DNA of 64,000 nucleotides from an uncultured Gammaproteobacteria bacterium (GTDB taxonomy: Bacteria; Patescibacteriota; Patescibacteriia; UBA9934; GWF2-40-263): the NCBI GenBank assembly GCA_964538435.1, contig CAZIDX010000001.1, forward strand, positions 393 through 64,392, in the 5' to 3' direction. Made by a program: the position numbers and the translations under genes. Under the pieces are notes generated by a model that saw only the letters and a list, made by a program, of their open reading frames with translations, was not told the DNA's origin and made no database searches. Of the stretch, positions 51,351 to 61,673 are shown one piece after another; the first letter of the stretch is position 1; each line of letters begins with the position of its first letter.

Positions 51351-53126
51351 ATGAAATCAAAAATCAATACAAAAGCAATCATGAGGGTGCTTTGGAAGCA
51401 TGTTCGGCCTTACACGCTTCAGGTGACGATTATCACGATCTTGGTGATCGTGGCAAAGATTGCAGACGTCATCATCATGCCGCTCTTTATCAAGAGGTTC
51501 TTTGACCTGCTTGGTGGAGTGATTCCATCGACCGCTGAAGAATTGCCAGGCTTGCTTATCGGCACTTTGGTCTTGATGCTGGGGCTAAGGTTTGTCGGTT
51601 GGCTGTCATGGCGAACACTCTCGTTTGTGAACAACTGGTTCCAGCCACGAGTAATGACAGATTTGATTCAGACGGCTCATGAGTATATCCACAATCATTC
51701 TTATCGATTCTTCTCAAACAGCTTCACTGGCTCACTTGTTCGTAAAGTGAATCGACTCAGTCGCTCGTTTGAGGTCCTAGCCGATCAGATGCAGTTCGTC
51801 TTCATTCCGTTGTTTGTAACGATTGTCGGGTCGCTCGTGGTGATCTGGATGCGGAGCCCTCTGCTTGCAATCATGTTGCTAGCCTGGGTAATCTTCTATC
51901 TTGCATTCAACATCATGTACGCAACCTGGAAGACAAAGTACGACTTTGAAAAGGCAAAGATCGATTCAGAAACAACAGGAGTCCTTGCGGATTCCATTAG
52001 CAACTCAACGACCGTGAAACTCTTCACTGGTCACGCGCATGAAAAAGGACTCTACAAAGAAGTAACAGAGCGACTCAGGCGCGCACGCACCTTTACATGG
52101 AATATCGCAGAAATCATGGATGCCTCACAGGCGCTGCTCATGACACTCATTGAGTTTGTCATGATGTACTACGCTGTCAGGTACTACCAGCAAGGTCTGC
52201 TCACCATTGGTGACTTTGCGCTCATCCAGGCATATCTCATCAGTTTCTTCATGGTGCTCTGGGACATTGGTCGAGCCATTCGACACACCTACGAAGCACT
52301 GGCAGATGCAGACGAGATTGTAGAGATCCTTGAAGAACCTCTCGAGATCCAGGATGTGCGAAGCGCAAAGAAGCTCGACGTGCAAACCGGTCGCATTGAG
52401 TTTAAGAATGTCTACTTCAGCTTCCAGAAGACAAGGCGCGTGCTCAAGGGCTTCAACCTTCAGATCAAGCCAGGTGAAAAGATCGCGCTCGTTGGGCCGT
52501 CTGGTGCTGGTAAGTCTACGGTGACAAAGCTCCTCTTCCGCTTCTACGACGTAGAGCGCGGAAAGATCTACGTAGGCAACCAGAACATCGCCAAGGTCAC
52601 GCAGGAAAGCCTGCGAGAGCAGATCGCCCTTGTGCCACAAGAGCCAATCTTGTTCCACCGATCAATCATGGACAACATTCGCTACGGCCGAAGGGGTGCA
52701 ACGGATGAAGAGGTTGTCGAGGCAGCCAAGAGGGCGCACGCGCACGAGTTCATCGAAGAGCTTCCAGACGGCTACGAAACATTCGTAGGTGAACGCGGAG
52801 TCAAGCTCTCCGGCGGAGAACGCCAGCGCATCGCAATCGCACGCGCAGTGCTCAAGGACGCACCAATCCTCGTGCTCGACGAGGCAACATCCAGCCTGGA
52901 CTCAGAGTCAGAAGCGCTCATCCAGTCAGCGCTCGAAGACCTGATGAAGAACAAGACCACGATCGTGATCGCTCACCGACTCTCAACCATCATGAAGATG
53001 GACAGAATCGTAGAGATCGACAACGGTCAGGTAACAGACACAGGCTCACACAAGCAACTTCTGCGAAAGAAAAACAGCATCTACAAGAAGCTCTGGGACA
53101 TCCAAGCAGGAGGATTCATCCAGTGA
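51351..53126 (+). CDS. ABC exporter, fused TM and ATP-binding domains
   Basis: GPSGAGKS; LSGGERQR; LVLDEATS; IAHRLST. Confidence 0.95.
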   Translation: MKSKINTKAIMRVLWKHVRPYTLQVTIITILVIVAKIADVIIMPLFIKRFFDLLGGVIPSTAEELPGLLIGTLVLMLGLRFVGWLSWRTLSFVNNWFQPRVMTDLIQTAHEYIHNHSYRFFSNSFTGSLVRKVNRLSRSFEVLADQMQFVFIPLFVTIVGSLVVIWMRSPLLAIMLLAWVIFYLAFNIMYATWKTKYDFEKAKIDSETTGVLADSISNSTTVKLFTGHAHEKGLYKEVTERLRRARTFTWNIAEIMDASQALLMTLIEFVMMYYAVRYYQQGLLTIGDFALIQAYLISFFMVLWDIGRAIRHTYEALADADEIVEILEEPLEIQDVRSAKKLDVQTGRIEFKNVYFSFQKTRRVLKGFNLQIKPGEKIALVGPSGAGKSTVTKLLFRFYDVERGKIYVGNQNIAKVTQESLREQIALVPQEPILFHRSIMDNIRYGRRGATDEEVVEAAKRAHAHEFIEELPDGYETFVGERGVKLSGGERQRIAIARAVLKDAPILVLDEATSSLDSESEALIQSALEDLMKNKTTIVIAHRLSTIMKMDRIVEIDNGQVTDTGSHKQLLRKKNSIYKKLWDIQAGGFIQ

Positions 53127-53246
53127 TCGTCCAAAATTCGCGAGCTTGCCTCTCACAGGACCCTGTTGGATTGTCGACGTACGTTTAAGTACGCCTCTGG
53201 CGCCAATATCCCGTTCAAGGCAATCTCATCGAATTTAGAACGATCG
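53124..53246. repeat. About 120-bp imperfect palindrome (REP/MITE-like)
   Basis: GATCGTCCAAAATTCG-CGAGCTTGCCT ... AGGCAATCTC-ATCGAATTTAGAACGATC. Confidence 0.65.
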
Positions 53247-53325
53247 AAATTATGTAAAGGAAAAACCACTCGAGGCTATCCCGGGTGGTTTTTTAAATCG
53301 AAAAAGGACCCGGGGGTCCTTTGCG

Positions 53326-53895
53326 TCAGATGTTGAGGATCCCTGTGCCGTGGTGTAGTGACACACCAACACTGTGAATCTCCCTTGACCACACGCCGCG
53401 TGAGGCGTTTTGGAACGCAAGCATGAGAGCTTGACGGTCCCTGTGGTTCATCTGGTTGCGGAGAATCAGGAAGGTGACCAGCATCTGCCGGTTCATCTTG
53501 TAGATCAGCTGCCATGCCCAGAGCACGATGTTGATCAGCAGAATGATCGGGCTGAGCAGAATCACAGTAGGTAGGCCCATCAGGAACATCACCCACAGTC
53601 CAGCAGGTTTGTGATCTCTGCCGATGAGAAAGCTGCTCGTGTTGAGTTCTATCAGAACAGCTCTTCCACCCTCATCAGCGATCGAGATGTAGCTGTCCGG
53701 CAGCCCATGGTTTCCCCACTGGTTGCCATTTTTGTACCACACCTCGATCACATGGCCCTTCTCACCCTCGTGAACCTTGTGCACTCTGATGTGAGGAAAG
53801 CTAGCTCCCAGCGCCATTGCAACCGCCATGATCTGCGAGACCAGGAGGGTGCCGATGACAGGCACGTCTTCTAGCCAATCGATGAATCGTTCCAT
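53326..53895 (-). CDS. Hypothetical membrane protein (guest unit)
   Basis: TTGACA-N17-TAACGT at 53946; TM segments; hairpin AAAGGACC-CGGG-GGTCCTTT downstream. Confidence 0.7.
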   Translation of the reverse strand: MERFIDWLEDVPVIGTLLVSQIMAVAMALGASFPHIRVHKVHEGEKGHVIEVWYKNGNQWGNHGLPDSYISIADEGGRAVLIELNTSSFLIGRDHKPAGLWVMFLMGLPTVILLSPIILLINIVLWAWQLIYKMNRQMLVTFLILRNQMNHRDRQALMLAFQNASRGVWSREIHSVGVSLHHGTGILNI

Positions 53896-53987
53896 GCGTC
53901 CACCGCCTTTCTGTATTCAAAAACGTTACCCAACAAAACCGGTTCTGTCAAGACTCCAAACTAAAACACCGCACTTTTTGCGGTGTT

Positions 53988-54590
53988 TTAACTCTTCTTT
54001 CTATGCTTAAGCGCGTCTCCCAGCGTAACCTCATCTGCAAACTCCAGTGTCGCTCCCATGGGCAGTCCTCGAGCAAGACGTGTGAACGAGACATCAAGCG
54101 GGGCAAACAATTTCGTCAGGTACATAATCGTTGTCTCACCATGAGCAGTCGGGGAGAGAGCCAAGATGACCTCCTTAATCTCCGGATTCTTCTCCAGTCG
54201 ATCTCTAAGCTCACGGATCCTAATCACATCCGGCGTGATTCCCTCGATTGGGTTCAGGTTGCCGCCCAGTACGTGGTAACAACCTCTGTACGCATCTGTT
54301 GATTCTATCGTTGCAATGTCACGCGACTCCTCAACCACGCACAGCACAGACTCGTCACGTTTTGGATCAGTGCAGATCTCGCACAGCTCATGCTCAGTGT
54401 AAGTAAAACACTTTGGACACACACCAATCTTCTCACCAAGCTCACGCAGCGCCCGCGCCATGACTTCCAGGTCATGCTTTGGTTGCTTGAGTAGATAGAA
54501 AACATAGCGCAGGGCCGTTTTGGGCCCCACGCCGGGTAGCCGCGCAAACGCAGCAACTAAATTCGCAATTGGTTCAGGAAAGCGGCGCAT
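53988..54590 (-). CDS. recR: Recombination mediator RecR
   Basis: LPGVGPKTA.R; C..C...C.IC; VVEE..D; YHVLGG; TRLARGLPMG. Confidence 0.97.
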   Translation of the reverse strand: MRRFPEPIANLVAAFARLPGVGPKTALRYVFYLLKQPKHDLEVMARALRELGEKIGVCPKCFTYTEHELCEICTDPKRDESVLCVVEESRDIATIESTDAYRGCYHVLGGNLNPIEGITPDVIRIRELRDRLEKNPEIKEVILALSPTAHGETTIMYLTKLFAPLDVSFTRLARGLPMGATLEFADEVTLGDALKHRKKS

Positions 54591-54599
54591 GTTGCCAGG

Positions 54600-54902
54600 T
54601 TAGCCTCCAAGCCCCTTGAGCATATCCATCCCACCCATGTCCTGCATCTTCTTTGCAAGCTTCATCTGGAACTTCATGCCTGTAGCGTCCTTAAACGCAT
54701 CCTTAATCGCAGCACCGAGCTTTTCAGCGTCCTTGAGGGCTTCTGGGTCAATAGTCACGTCAACGATCTCACGGTTTCCATTCACAACAATCTTTACCTT
54801 GCCCCACATAGCAGAGCCTTCATGAATAACCGTTGCAAGTTCATTTTGCATTTCCTTGCCTTGTTTCTTGAGATCCTTGATGTTTTTGAGTTTGTTGAAC
54901 AT
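54600..54902 (-). CDS. ybaB: YbaB/EbfC nucleoid-associated protein
   Basis: Adjacent to recR; G.V.IVVNG.......IDP. Confidence 0.88.
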   Translation of the reverse strand: MFNKLKNIKDLKKQGKEMQNELATVIHEGSAMWGKVKIVVNGNREIVDVTIDPEALKDAEKLGAAIKDAFKDATGMKFQMKLAKKMQDMGGMDMLKGLGG

Positions 54903-54932
54903 AGTTTTTTGAATTGATTATCACGGGCTACA

Positions 54933-56438
54933 TCATACCTTAGCCTCGGGTGCTTCATCAACCGGAGGAGTCTCCTTGCCAGATGGGTTTGGATCAACCG
55001 GCGGCGGCGCCATTGGAGCATTTGGTTGTGCCAGCGGAGCAAAGCCAGAGCTGTCTTGCTCAGAAGCTGGAGGGGTTTGAGGAGTGAAGCCTTTTTGTAA
55101 GTTTTGAAATGACGCACGTTTCTTGTCAAAGTACAGTCTAAGCATTCCAGTTGGTCCATTACGATGCTTTCCAATGTGGATCTCAGTGACATTCTGCTCT
55201 TCAGGCGGAATGTCTTCAGGACGATAGTTTTTATCAGCACCCTTACGATAAATAAAGAGAACAACGTCAGCATCCTGCTCAATCGAACCAGAGTCTCGAA
55301 GATGAGAGAGGCGAGGGATTGCAGGTTTGTTCTGCTCCACAGCACGGGAGAGCTGAGCCAGAGCGAACACAGGCACATCAAGCTCCTTAGCAATCTGCTT
55401 AAGACCACGAGAAATCTCAGACACCTCCTGCACACGGTTGTCACTCTTGTTTGAGCGGCCTTCCATCAGCTGGAGGTAGTCAATCATGATGAGCCCCAGC
55501 CCATGTTCTGTTTTTAGTCGCCTAGCCTTAGTTCTCAGCTGCATGATATTCAGGTTCGCGCTGTCATCAATGAAGATAGGGGCCTCTGAAAGTTCACCAA
55601 GCGCCTGACCGATGCGAGGGAAATCATCGTCGCGATCAGAGAGTCGTCCTGTGCGCAGCTTCCACAAATCAACATTAGCCTGGGCACAAATCATGCGGTC
55701 AACAAGCTGTTCTTTACTCATTTCCAGAGAGAAGAATCCAACAGGAGCTTTTTGAGCAACGCCCACATGACGCATAATGTCTAGCGCAAGCGAAGTTTTA
55801 CCAACAGAAGGTCGGGCTGCCAAAATGACAAGGTCAGACTTTTGCAACCCTGCCAGGAGCGCATCAAGATCAGTAAACCCAGTCGGCACACCACGCATTT
55901 TCCCACGATCACGATGAAGCTCGTCAATGCGATCAAACGCTCCATCCAAAACAGACCGTATTGAAACAAAGGTGTTCTTGTTAAACTTCTCACTCACTTC
56001 AAACAGCGACCGCTCAGCGCGATCAAGTGTGACATCAATCTCTTCGTCCTCATCATAACCCATGGTTGTGATATCAGACGCAGCAGAAAGAAGTCGTCTA
56101 AGCGTCGCTTTCTTTTGGATGATCTCTGCGTAGTGAACGACGTTGGCCGAAGTAGGTACAACATTCGAGAGTTCAACGAGGTACGCACGCCCACCAACTT
56201 GCTGGAGCCAACCTTTTTCTTCAAGTCGATTTCCAAGCGAGAGGATGTCAATCGGATCATGCCGTTCGTAAAGCTCAATCATGGTCTCAAAGATCTTCTC
56301 ATGTGAGTCACGATAGAAATCATCTGAGCGAACCTTGTCCGCGATCTTGATCATGGACTGCTTGTCAATCAAAAGACAGCAAAGCGCTGATTGTTCAGCC
56401 TCAAGGTTCTGTGGAGGGATGCGAGATTCATTTGCCAT
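54933..56438 (-). CDS. dnaB: Replicative DNA helicase DnaB
   Basis: PPQNLEAEQS; AARPSVGKT; IDYLQLM; LRDSGSIEQDAD; KHRNGPTG. Confidence 0.98.
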   Translation of the reverse strand: MANESRIPPQNLEAEQSALCCLLIDKQSMIKIADKVRSDDFYRDSHEKIFETMIELYERHDPIDILSLGNRLEEKGWLQQVGGRAYLVELSNVVPTSANVVHYAEIIQKKATLRRLLSAASDITTMGYDEDEEIDVTLDRAERSLFEVSEKFNKNTFVSIRSVLDGAFDRIDELHRDRGKMRGVPTGFTDLDALLAGLQKSDLVILAARPSVGKTSLALDIMRHVGVAQKAPVGFFSLEMSKEQLVDRMICAQANVDLWKLRTGRLSDRDDDFPRIGQALGELSEAPIFIDDSANLNIMQLRTKARRLKTEHGLGLIMIDYLQLMEGRSNKSDNRVQEVSEISRGLKQIAKELDVPVFALAQLSRAVEQNKPAIPRLSHLRDSGSIEQDADVVLFIYRKGADKNYRPEDIPPEEQNVTEIHIGKHRNGPTGMLRLYFDKKRASFQNLQKGFTPQTPPASEQDSSGFAPLAQPNAPMAPPPVDPNPSGKETPPVDEAPEAKV

Positions 56439-56518
56439 AAGTCTGTGGCATCTTAGCACTACTACGCCCCAAATCAAGCCCGGGTTGTGGTATAATTGGG
56501 GAGAACAGGAGGAAAACC

Positions 56519-57679
56519 ATGATTCATCCGAACATTAAGTTCCTTAGATCAATCGGAATGATGATCGGCGCCATCGTTGGGGTCGGAGTTTTGGGTCTTC
56601 CATACGCATTTTCCCAGAGCGGTGTTGCTATTGGAATGCTCGAATTGCTCATCATTGTCACGCTTTTGACCTTCCTGCAGCTCATGTTTGCAGAAGTGTG
56701 TCTTCAAACGCCTGGAAAACAAAGGCTCGTTGGTCTTGTGGGAACCCATGTGGGCAAAAAGTGGCGATGGGTTGCCCTAAGTGCCATGGCAATCGGTATT
56801 TGGGGTGCAATGATTGCGTACATGATTGTTGGGGGAAGATTCCTTCATATTCTCCTTGAGCCAATTCTTGGTGGCCCAGAAATTGTCTACTCAATCGCTG
56901 TTTGGGTAATCGGCGTTGCTCTCATATCTCAGGGCTTGAAATTCGCCTCAAAGATAGAGGTCCCTATCGTGATCGCACTACTTTTCTTGTTCGTGTTCAT
57001 TATCCTTGCTAGCACAACCGAGATCACACCAGAGCACTACTTCACCATGGATATTTCCAAATCCTTTGTTCCATACGGAGTGATTCTCTTCTCGGCTGCC
57101 GGGGTGGGGATTGTGCCAGAAATGGCAGATGTGCTTGGTAAAAAGCTCGGCCGCAAGTACTTGGGCCTCTCCATCATGATTGCCATGGCTATCATCCTTC
57201 TGCTTTACACAGGCTTTGCGCTTGCTGTTGTGGGGGTAACAGGTCCTGAGACATCACAAACAGCTTTTGATGGACTCGTTCCGTTTTTTGGAGGAGGATT
57301 CAAAGTGCTAACGCTACTGCTCGGATCAATCACAATTCTGTCCATCTTTCTCATTATCGGAATCGAGCTCTTGGATACGTTTAAGTTTGATTTCAAGCTC
57401 AAGCACAATACCTCATGGTTTCTTGTTGCCATCGTTCCGATCGTGTTGTTCCTTCTTGGGGTAAGGGAGTTTATCTCGCTTGTTGGGTTTATTGGTGGAG
57501 TGTTCGGAGGCGGAATCGGTATCCTGATTGCACTCTCATACTGGAACCTAAAACGATCAAAAATCTGCAGAGATCATCATTGCATCAACTTCCCATCATT
57601 TCTCACATGGGCGATCATTACTCTGTTTGCCTGCGGAGTTGTCTGGCAGATCTCTGATGCAATCATAAATTTGTTATAG
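56519..57679 (+). CDS. Aromatic amino acid permease (HAAAP-like)
   Basis: IGAIVGVGVLGLPY; PYGVILF; about 11 TM segments. Confidence 0.85.
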   Translation: MIHPNIKFLRSIGMMIGAIVGVGVLGLPYAFSQSGVAIGMLELLIIVTLLTFLQLMFAEVCLQTPGKQRLVGLVGTHVGKKWRWVALSAMAIGIWGAMIAYMIVGGRFLHILLEPILGGPEIVYSIAVWVIGVALISQGLKFASKIEVPIVIALLFLFVFIILASTTEITPEHYFTMDISKSFVPYGVILFSAAGVGIVPEMADVLGKKLGRKYLGLSIMIAMAIILLLYTGFALAVVGVTGPETSQTAFDGLVPFFGGGFKVLTLLLGSITILSIFLIIGIELLDTFKFDFKLKHNTSWFLVAIVPIVLFLLGVREFISLVGFIGGVFGGGIGILIALSYWNLKRSKICRDHHCINFPSFLTWAIITLFACGVVWQISDAIINLL

Positions 57680-57685
57680 AAAATT

Positions 57686-58129
57686 ATGGAGGGAACATAC
57701 ATCACAAAAAGATGGTTCATCTACTTCCTGCTGTACTTTCTGGTTTCTTACGTAGGAATGACCTTTCTGATTACAGGATTTCAAATCACAGAAAGCGGAA
57801 TCTTCTTTGTTGCCATAAAAATCTTTCACCCAATTGTTGCGCTGGCCGCTGCCTATCTCTACTTCAGAAAAGCCCATAACGATTGGCAAGCAAGGTTTAT
57901 CACAGCAATCGGCTGGACAGCTCTGTATTACGTGCTTGTAATCGCGCTCCTTGAGCCTGTGTGGGGGGTTGCATGGAAACAAGGATTCACATGGAGCATG
58001 ATCGTACCGCACTGGCTCTACATTGTTGGTATCATTGTCGGAGCAACAGCCGCCCACAGATCAACAGACGAAATCGCCCGAGCTTTAAAAGAAGAGCCAT
58101 CAGCGCTAGAAAAACAGTTCAGAAAATAA
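57686..58129 (+). CDS. Hypothetical membrane protein
   Basis: Four hydrophobic segments; follows the permease. Confidence 0.7.
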   Translation: MEGTYITKRWFIYFLLYFLVSYVGMTFLITGFQITESGIFFVAIKIFHPIVALAAAYLYFRKAHNDWQARFITAIGWTALYYVLVIALLEPVWGVAWKQGFTWSMIVPHWLYIVGIIVGATAAHRSTDEIARALKEEPSALEKQFRK

Positions 58130-58181
58130 TCAATAAGAAAGACCGGTCTCCGTGGAGGCCGGTCGTTTTTCGTTTGGCTGA

Positions 58182-58538
58182 TCAGGCCAGTGCGCAGAAT
58201 CCCGGAGTCTCCGGTAGTGTCCTCAGCATCTCGCTGCCGAGCCACCCCACCGAAGGTGAGACACCTTCACGGCGGATCTGACGAAGAGTTGTGTGCTCCT
58301 CGCGCACGAGTCTCACGAGCTTGCCCTTCTCACCCCAGCAGAGCTGGAAGTTGTTGAGCCACTGACGCACGCTCACGAGCACATCGTTGATGTACTGCTC
58401 ATCGAAGCGGTTGCATCCGATGACCTGTCCGTTCTGCTCGATCACGATGCCGAGCGCTTGCTCTCCTCGCTCGATGAAGACGCGTGCCTGCATCTCACCG
58501 AGTTCTGTCTGGATCTGGACCACCCTCTTCCTCCTCAT
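58182..58538 (-). CDS. Hypothetical protein (guest unit)
   Basis: TTGACA-N17-TAGGTT at 58611; terminator GACCGG...CCGGTC with TTTCTTATTG tail; start uncertain. Confidence 0.6.
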   Translation of the reverse strand: MRRKRVVQIQTELGEMQARVFIERGEQALGIVIEQNGQVIGCNRFDEQYINDVLVSVRQWLNNFQLCWGEKGKLVRLVREEHTTLRQIRREGVSPSVGWLGSEMLRTLPETPGFCALA

Positions 58539-58612
58539 CCGTTTTGTGCGGGGTTTCTGCCCACATCCCTTGGGATGCAGACACATCAACCTACACAAAG
58601 AAACGTTTGGTG

Positions 58613-59446
58613 TCAAGCGTTTTGAAGCGAATAAGCTTTGAGAATGTTTACAAGCAGCATAGCCACAGTCATGGGCCCCACACCTCCTGGAACAGGGGTC
58701 AAAGCACTTGCAACAGGCTCAACTGAGTCAAAGTCAACATCGCCCTCAAGATGATCATCACGCTTTGTGGTTCCAACATCAATCACAATTGCTCCAGGCT
58801 TCACATGCTCTGCTTTTATAAGCCCTGGGATCCCCTCAGCAACAACAATCACATCAGCATCGCGAGTCTTTTCAATCAAATCAGGATCTTCGGCTTGAGT
58901 AACAACCACCTTTGCCTTCTCCTGTCTGAGCATGATCTCAAGCGGCTCTGCAAAAAGAGGAGACGCAACAACAGTTGCCGTCTTTGGGTACTCACTGCCA
59001 AGCGCAGCAACCTGGATCAGTTTCATCACACCAAGCGCAGTCGCAGAGACAATCGAAAACTCACCACGCTTGAGCTTCTCCACATTCTCTCTGTGAAACC
59101 CATCAACATCTTTAAGTGGGTCGATCTCAGGGATCACTTTATTTGCATCTTGGTTGGGGAGGGGGAGTTGCACAAGAATGCCTGTGACCTCCTCGCTAGT
59201 ATTGAGCTCGCGCACTTTATCGATAATGACCTGCTCATCCACACTAGCTTCATACAAATTCAAATCAAATCCAATTCCAGCTTCCTCGCAGGCAATACGT
59301 TTTAACTCAACATACTTATGCGATGCCGGATCATCTCCTACCAAAATAACCGCCAGTCCAGGCGGGTTCGGCAGATTAGCCACGCGAATCGCAACTTTTT
59401 CACGAATTGTCTTGGCAATTGCCTTGCCATCTAAAACATGTGCCAT
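58613..59446 (-). CDS. folD: Bifunctional methylene-THF dehydrogenase/cyclohydrolase
   Basis: LDGK; PGLAVILVGDDPAS..Y; GILVQLPLP; KDVDGF; TPVPGGVGPMT. Confidence 0.95.
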   Translation of the reverse strand: MAHVLDGKAIAKTIREKVAIRVANLPNPPGLAVILVGDDPASHKYVELKRIACEEAGIGFDLNLYEASVDEQVIIDKVRELNTSEEVTGILVQLPLPNQDANKVIPEIDPLKDVDGFHRENVEKLKRGEFSIVSATALGVMKLIQVAALGSEYPKTATVVASPLFAEPLEIMLRQEKAKVVVTQAEDPDLIEKTRDADVIVVAEGIPGLIKAEHVKPGAIVIDVGTTKRDDHLEGDVDFDSVEPVASALTPVPGGVGPMTVAMLLVNILKAYSLQNA

Positions 59447-59576
59447 AACGCCAAAATACTAGCATGGATAAAGGTTTTGTTCAATGTTGGGCCTTGACAA
59501 ATCAAGCAAAAATGGTCATTTTAATCTGCTCGAAGTTTCCTCAAACACAACCCAAGACGGGTTGGAAGGCAGCAAG

Positions 59577-60410
59577 ATGCATCGAGCCTTCAAAATCTTC
59601 TTCGCCAGCACCCTTGGTGCAGGCGTTGGCGCAGCCATCGCGCTCTCACTCCACCCGTACCTGTGGTGGATCGGGCTGCTCATCGGTGGTCTCACAGGCT
59701 ACCTCTCGTTCGAGTACAAGACCGTCATCAGCGCGCTCCGCCGCGCATCGATCAGGTCCTACCTCAAGAACCTGGCCCGGCTGCGACCGTCAAAGAGTTT
59801 CTACTGGAAGACGCTCAAGGCAGGAGCAGTCTGCATTGTGGGGGCAACCTGGGCCCTGGGAATCATGTGCTACGCGTTCTCAGATGAAGGGCACTGGAAA
59901 GTCGCTCTTGCCTGGTGGATTGTCTCAGGTCTTCTGGCAGGCGCCTACTGGGTGTTGGGAGGATTCCTGGATCGTCCTGAGCCTGGATGGGGCAGAGACA
60001 TGAATGATCTCATGTTCATCTTCTTCTTCAGTGCCCCTGTCTGCTGTGGGACCGTCGTCTATGGGCTTGTGATCGCACTGGTGCTCCAAGTCCTTATTGC
60101 GGTCTGGGAGATTGGTGGGGAAATCATCTTCGGGGTCATCCCTTGGGTGGTTTGCGACGCAATCCCGGCGGTCGCTCGCTTCGTGCGAGATACCACCATC
60201 TTCCTCATCCTCGAGATCCACTCGGACGTCCGTCTCATCTGCGGAACGGACGCTGCCATCGGGGCTGGAATCGGGTACTTCACCGGATCCGTGCTCATCG
60301 GCGCTCTTGCCGGCGGCCTGCTGGGCGTCCTCAACTACGAGATCGTGACCCGCCGCTGGCTCATTCCACGCGGTCACATCCAGAGCTCGAACCTCACGCT
60401 CGAGGCCTAG
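59577..60410 (+). CDS. Gly-rich multi-TM hypothetical protein (guest unit)
   Basis: TTGACA at 59494; glycine-zipper-like segments at both ends. Confidence 0.75.
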   Translation: MHRAFKIFFASTLGAGVGAAIALSLHPYLWWIGLLIGGLTGYLSFEYKTVISALRRASIRSYLKNLARLRPSKSFYWKTLKAGAVCIVGATWALGIMCYAFSDEGHWKVALAWWIVSGLLAGAYWVLGGFLDRPEPGWGRDMNDLMFIFFFSAPVCCGTVVYGLVIALVLQVLIAVWEIGGEIIFGVIPWVVCDAIPAVARFVRDTTIFLILEIHSDVRLICGTDAAIGAGIGYFTGSVLIGALAGGLLGVLNYEIVTRRWLIPRGHIQSSNLTLEA

Positions 60411-60460
60411 CCTCACACGGACGGTAAGCGCAAGCTGCCGTCTTTTCTGTTATAGAGACT

Positions 60461-60570
60461 ATGTAACAAAATTTCGTACGTACGAACTAAAATTACATTC
60501 TACTCTTCACACACCCTCAGCTTTTCGCTGAAACAAGTATGACTTTTTTTCGTACGTACGAAAAAAAGTC
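60461..60570. repeat. Two CGTACGTACG-centred palindromes
   Basis: Perfect 30-bp GACTTTTTTTCGTACGTACGAAAAAAAGTC at 60541-60570; imperfect copy at 60461-60498. Confidence 0.9.
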
Positions 60571-60617
60571 GCAATTAGAAAACCCGTCCTTCCGAAGAAA
60601 AACGGGGTCGTTGCAGT

Positions 60618-61541
60618 CTAGGTTTCGAATCCGTAGCCCAGCGCCGTGCACCAGGTCTCCAGTTCAGGTCGTCTGGAGGAGTGAATGACCAGGATCTCGT
60701 AGTCCCTCTCGTACCTCTCTCGAACCGGCTTGGGGTCCATCAGAGCGAAGCATTGGTTCTGGACATCGATCATCCAGAACTCGAACCCCAGCTTGAGGCT
60801 CATCCCAATGATCGGGTTGCTGTCCCAGGGGGTCTCGCCACCAGCCGAGAGCACATAGCCTCCGCGCTCACCCTTCCACAGTTGCGCCATGGAAATGCCG
60901 ATGGAGTTCCCGTCGACATGCGTTTCATCGAACAGGCCTTCATCCACCATGGACTGCACCATATACGAGAGCTTGTGAGGCATTTCGCGCAAGTGCAGAC
61001 GTTGGTCGATCAGGCATAGATCCGTGTCGATGACCATCCGCTCCGGAATGTCGTCCTCGATCCGCCAGACTTTGTCAGAGTCCGGTCGGTAGAAGTAGCA
61101 CTCCCGGGTCATGATGTCGTAGATACACACACAGATGATCTCATCGTTGCAGATGATTGCACCCATGCTACCGATACCGTGCGATTGACGACGTACATAG
61201 GCGCTCGTCCCATCGATTGGATCGATCACGACCCAGATGTCCAGTGTCGGATGCGTGCACGGGATGATGAGGGGCTGTCCCTTGATCTTGCTCTCCTCAG
61301 CAATGATGCCGAACAACTTGAACTGATTCTGCAGGTCTTCGACCACATCGTCCTGGACGTCTTCGTCGATGTCTGTGACCTTGTCAGTGTGACCATCAGC
61401 CTTGATACCCTTGATGCTCACCTTGGCGTGCCTTCGCATGATGTGGGCTGTACGTGCAGCGCGTCGCAGGATCTCCTTGAAGATCGTGCCGATGTTGTAC
61501 GAGTTCAAGTCGACCCCATAGTCTCTCGTTTGTGTCGTCAC
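60618..61541 (-). CDS. Inositol monophosphatase superfamily protein (guest unit)
   Basis: VTDID; IIAEES; WVVIDPIDGT; PWD; SD AGGAGG; TTGACA-N17-TATTGT at 61599. Confidence 0.85.
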   Translation of the reverse strand: MTTQTRDYGVDLNSYNIGTIFKEILRRAARTAHIMRRHAKVSIKGIKADGHTDKVTDIDEDVQDDVVEDLQNQFKLFGIIAEESKIKGQPLIIPCTHPTLDIWVVIDPIDGTSAYVRRQSHGIGSMGAIICNDEIICVCIYDIMTRECYFYRPDSDKVWRIEDDIPERMVIDTDLCLIDQRLHLREMPHKLSYMVQSMVDEGLFDETHVDGNSIGISMAQLWKGERGGYVLSAGGETPWDSNPIIGMSLKLGFEFWMIDVQNQCFALMDPKPVRERYERDYEILVIHSSRRPELETWCTALGYGFET

Positions 61542-61673
61542 GACGTCCTCCTTTTGTATCCCTTCGGGGTGGGTTACAATAGGCCCCGCAAGGGGATGTG
61601 TCAAGGTTTTACCCCTCAATCTTGACAAAAACCACACTTTCAGTCATTATCCATTGCTCACTGAGGGAGAAGT

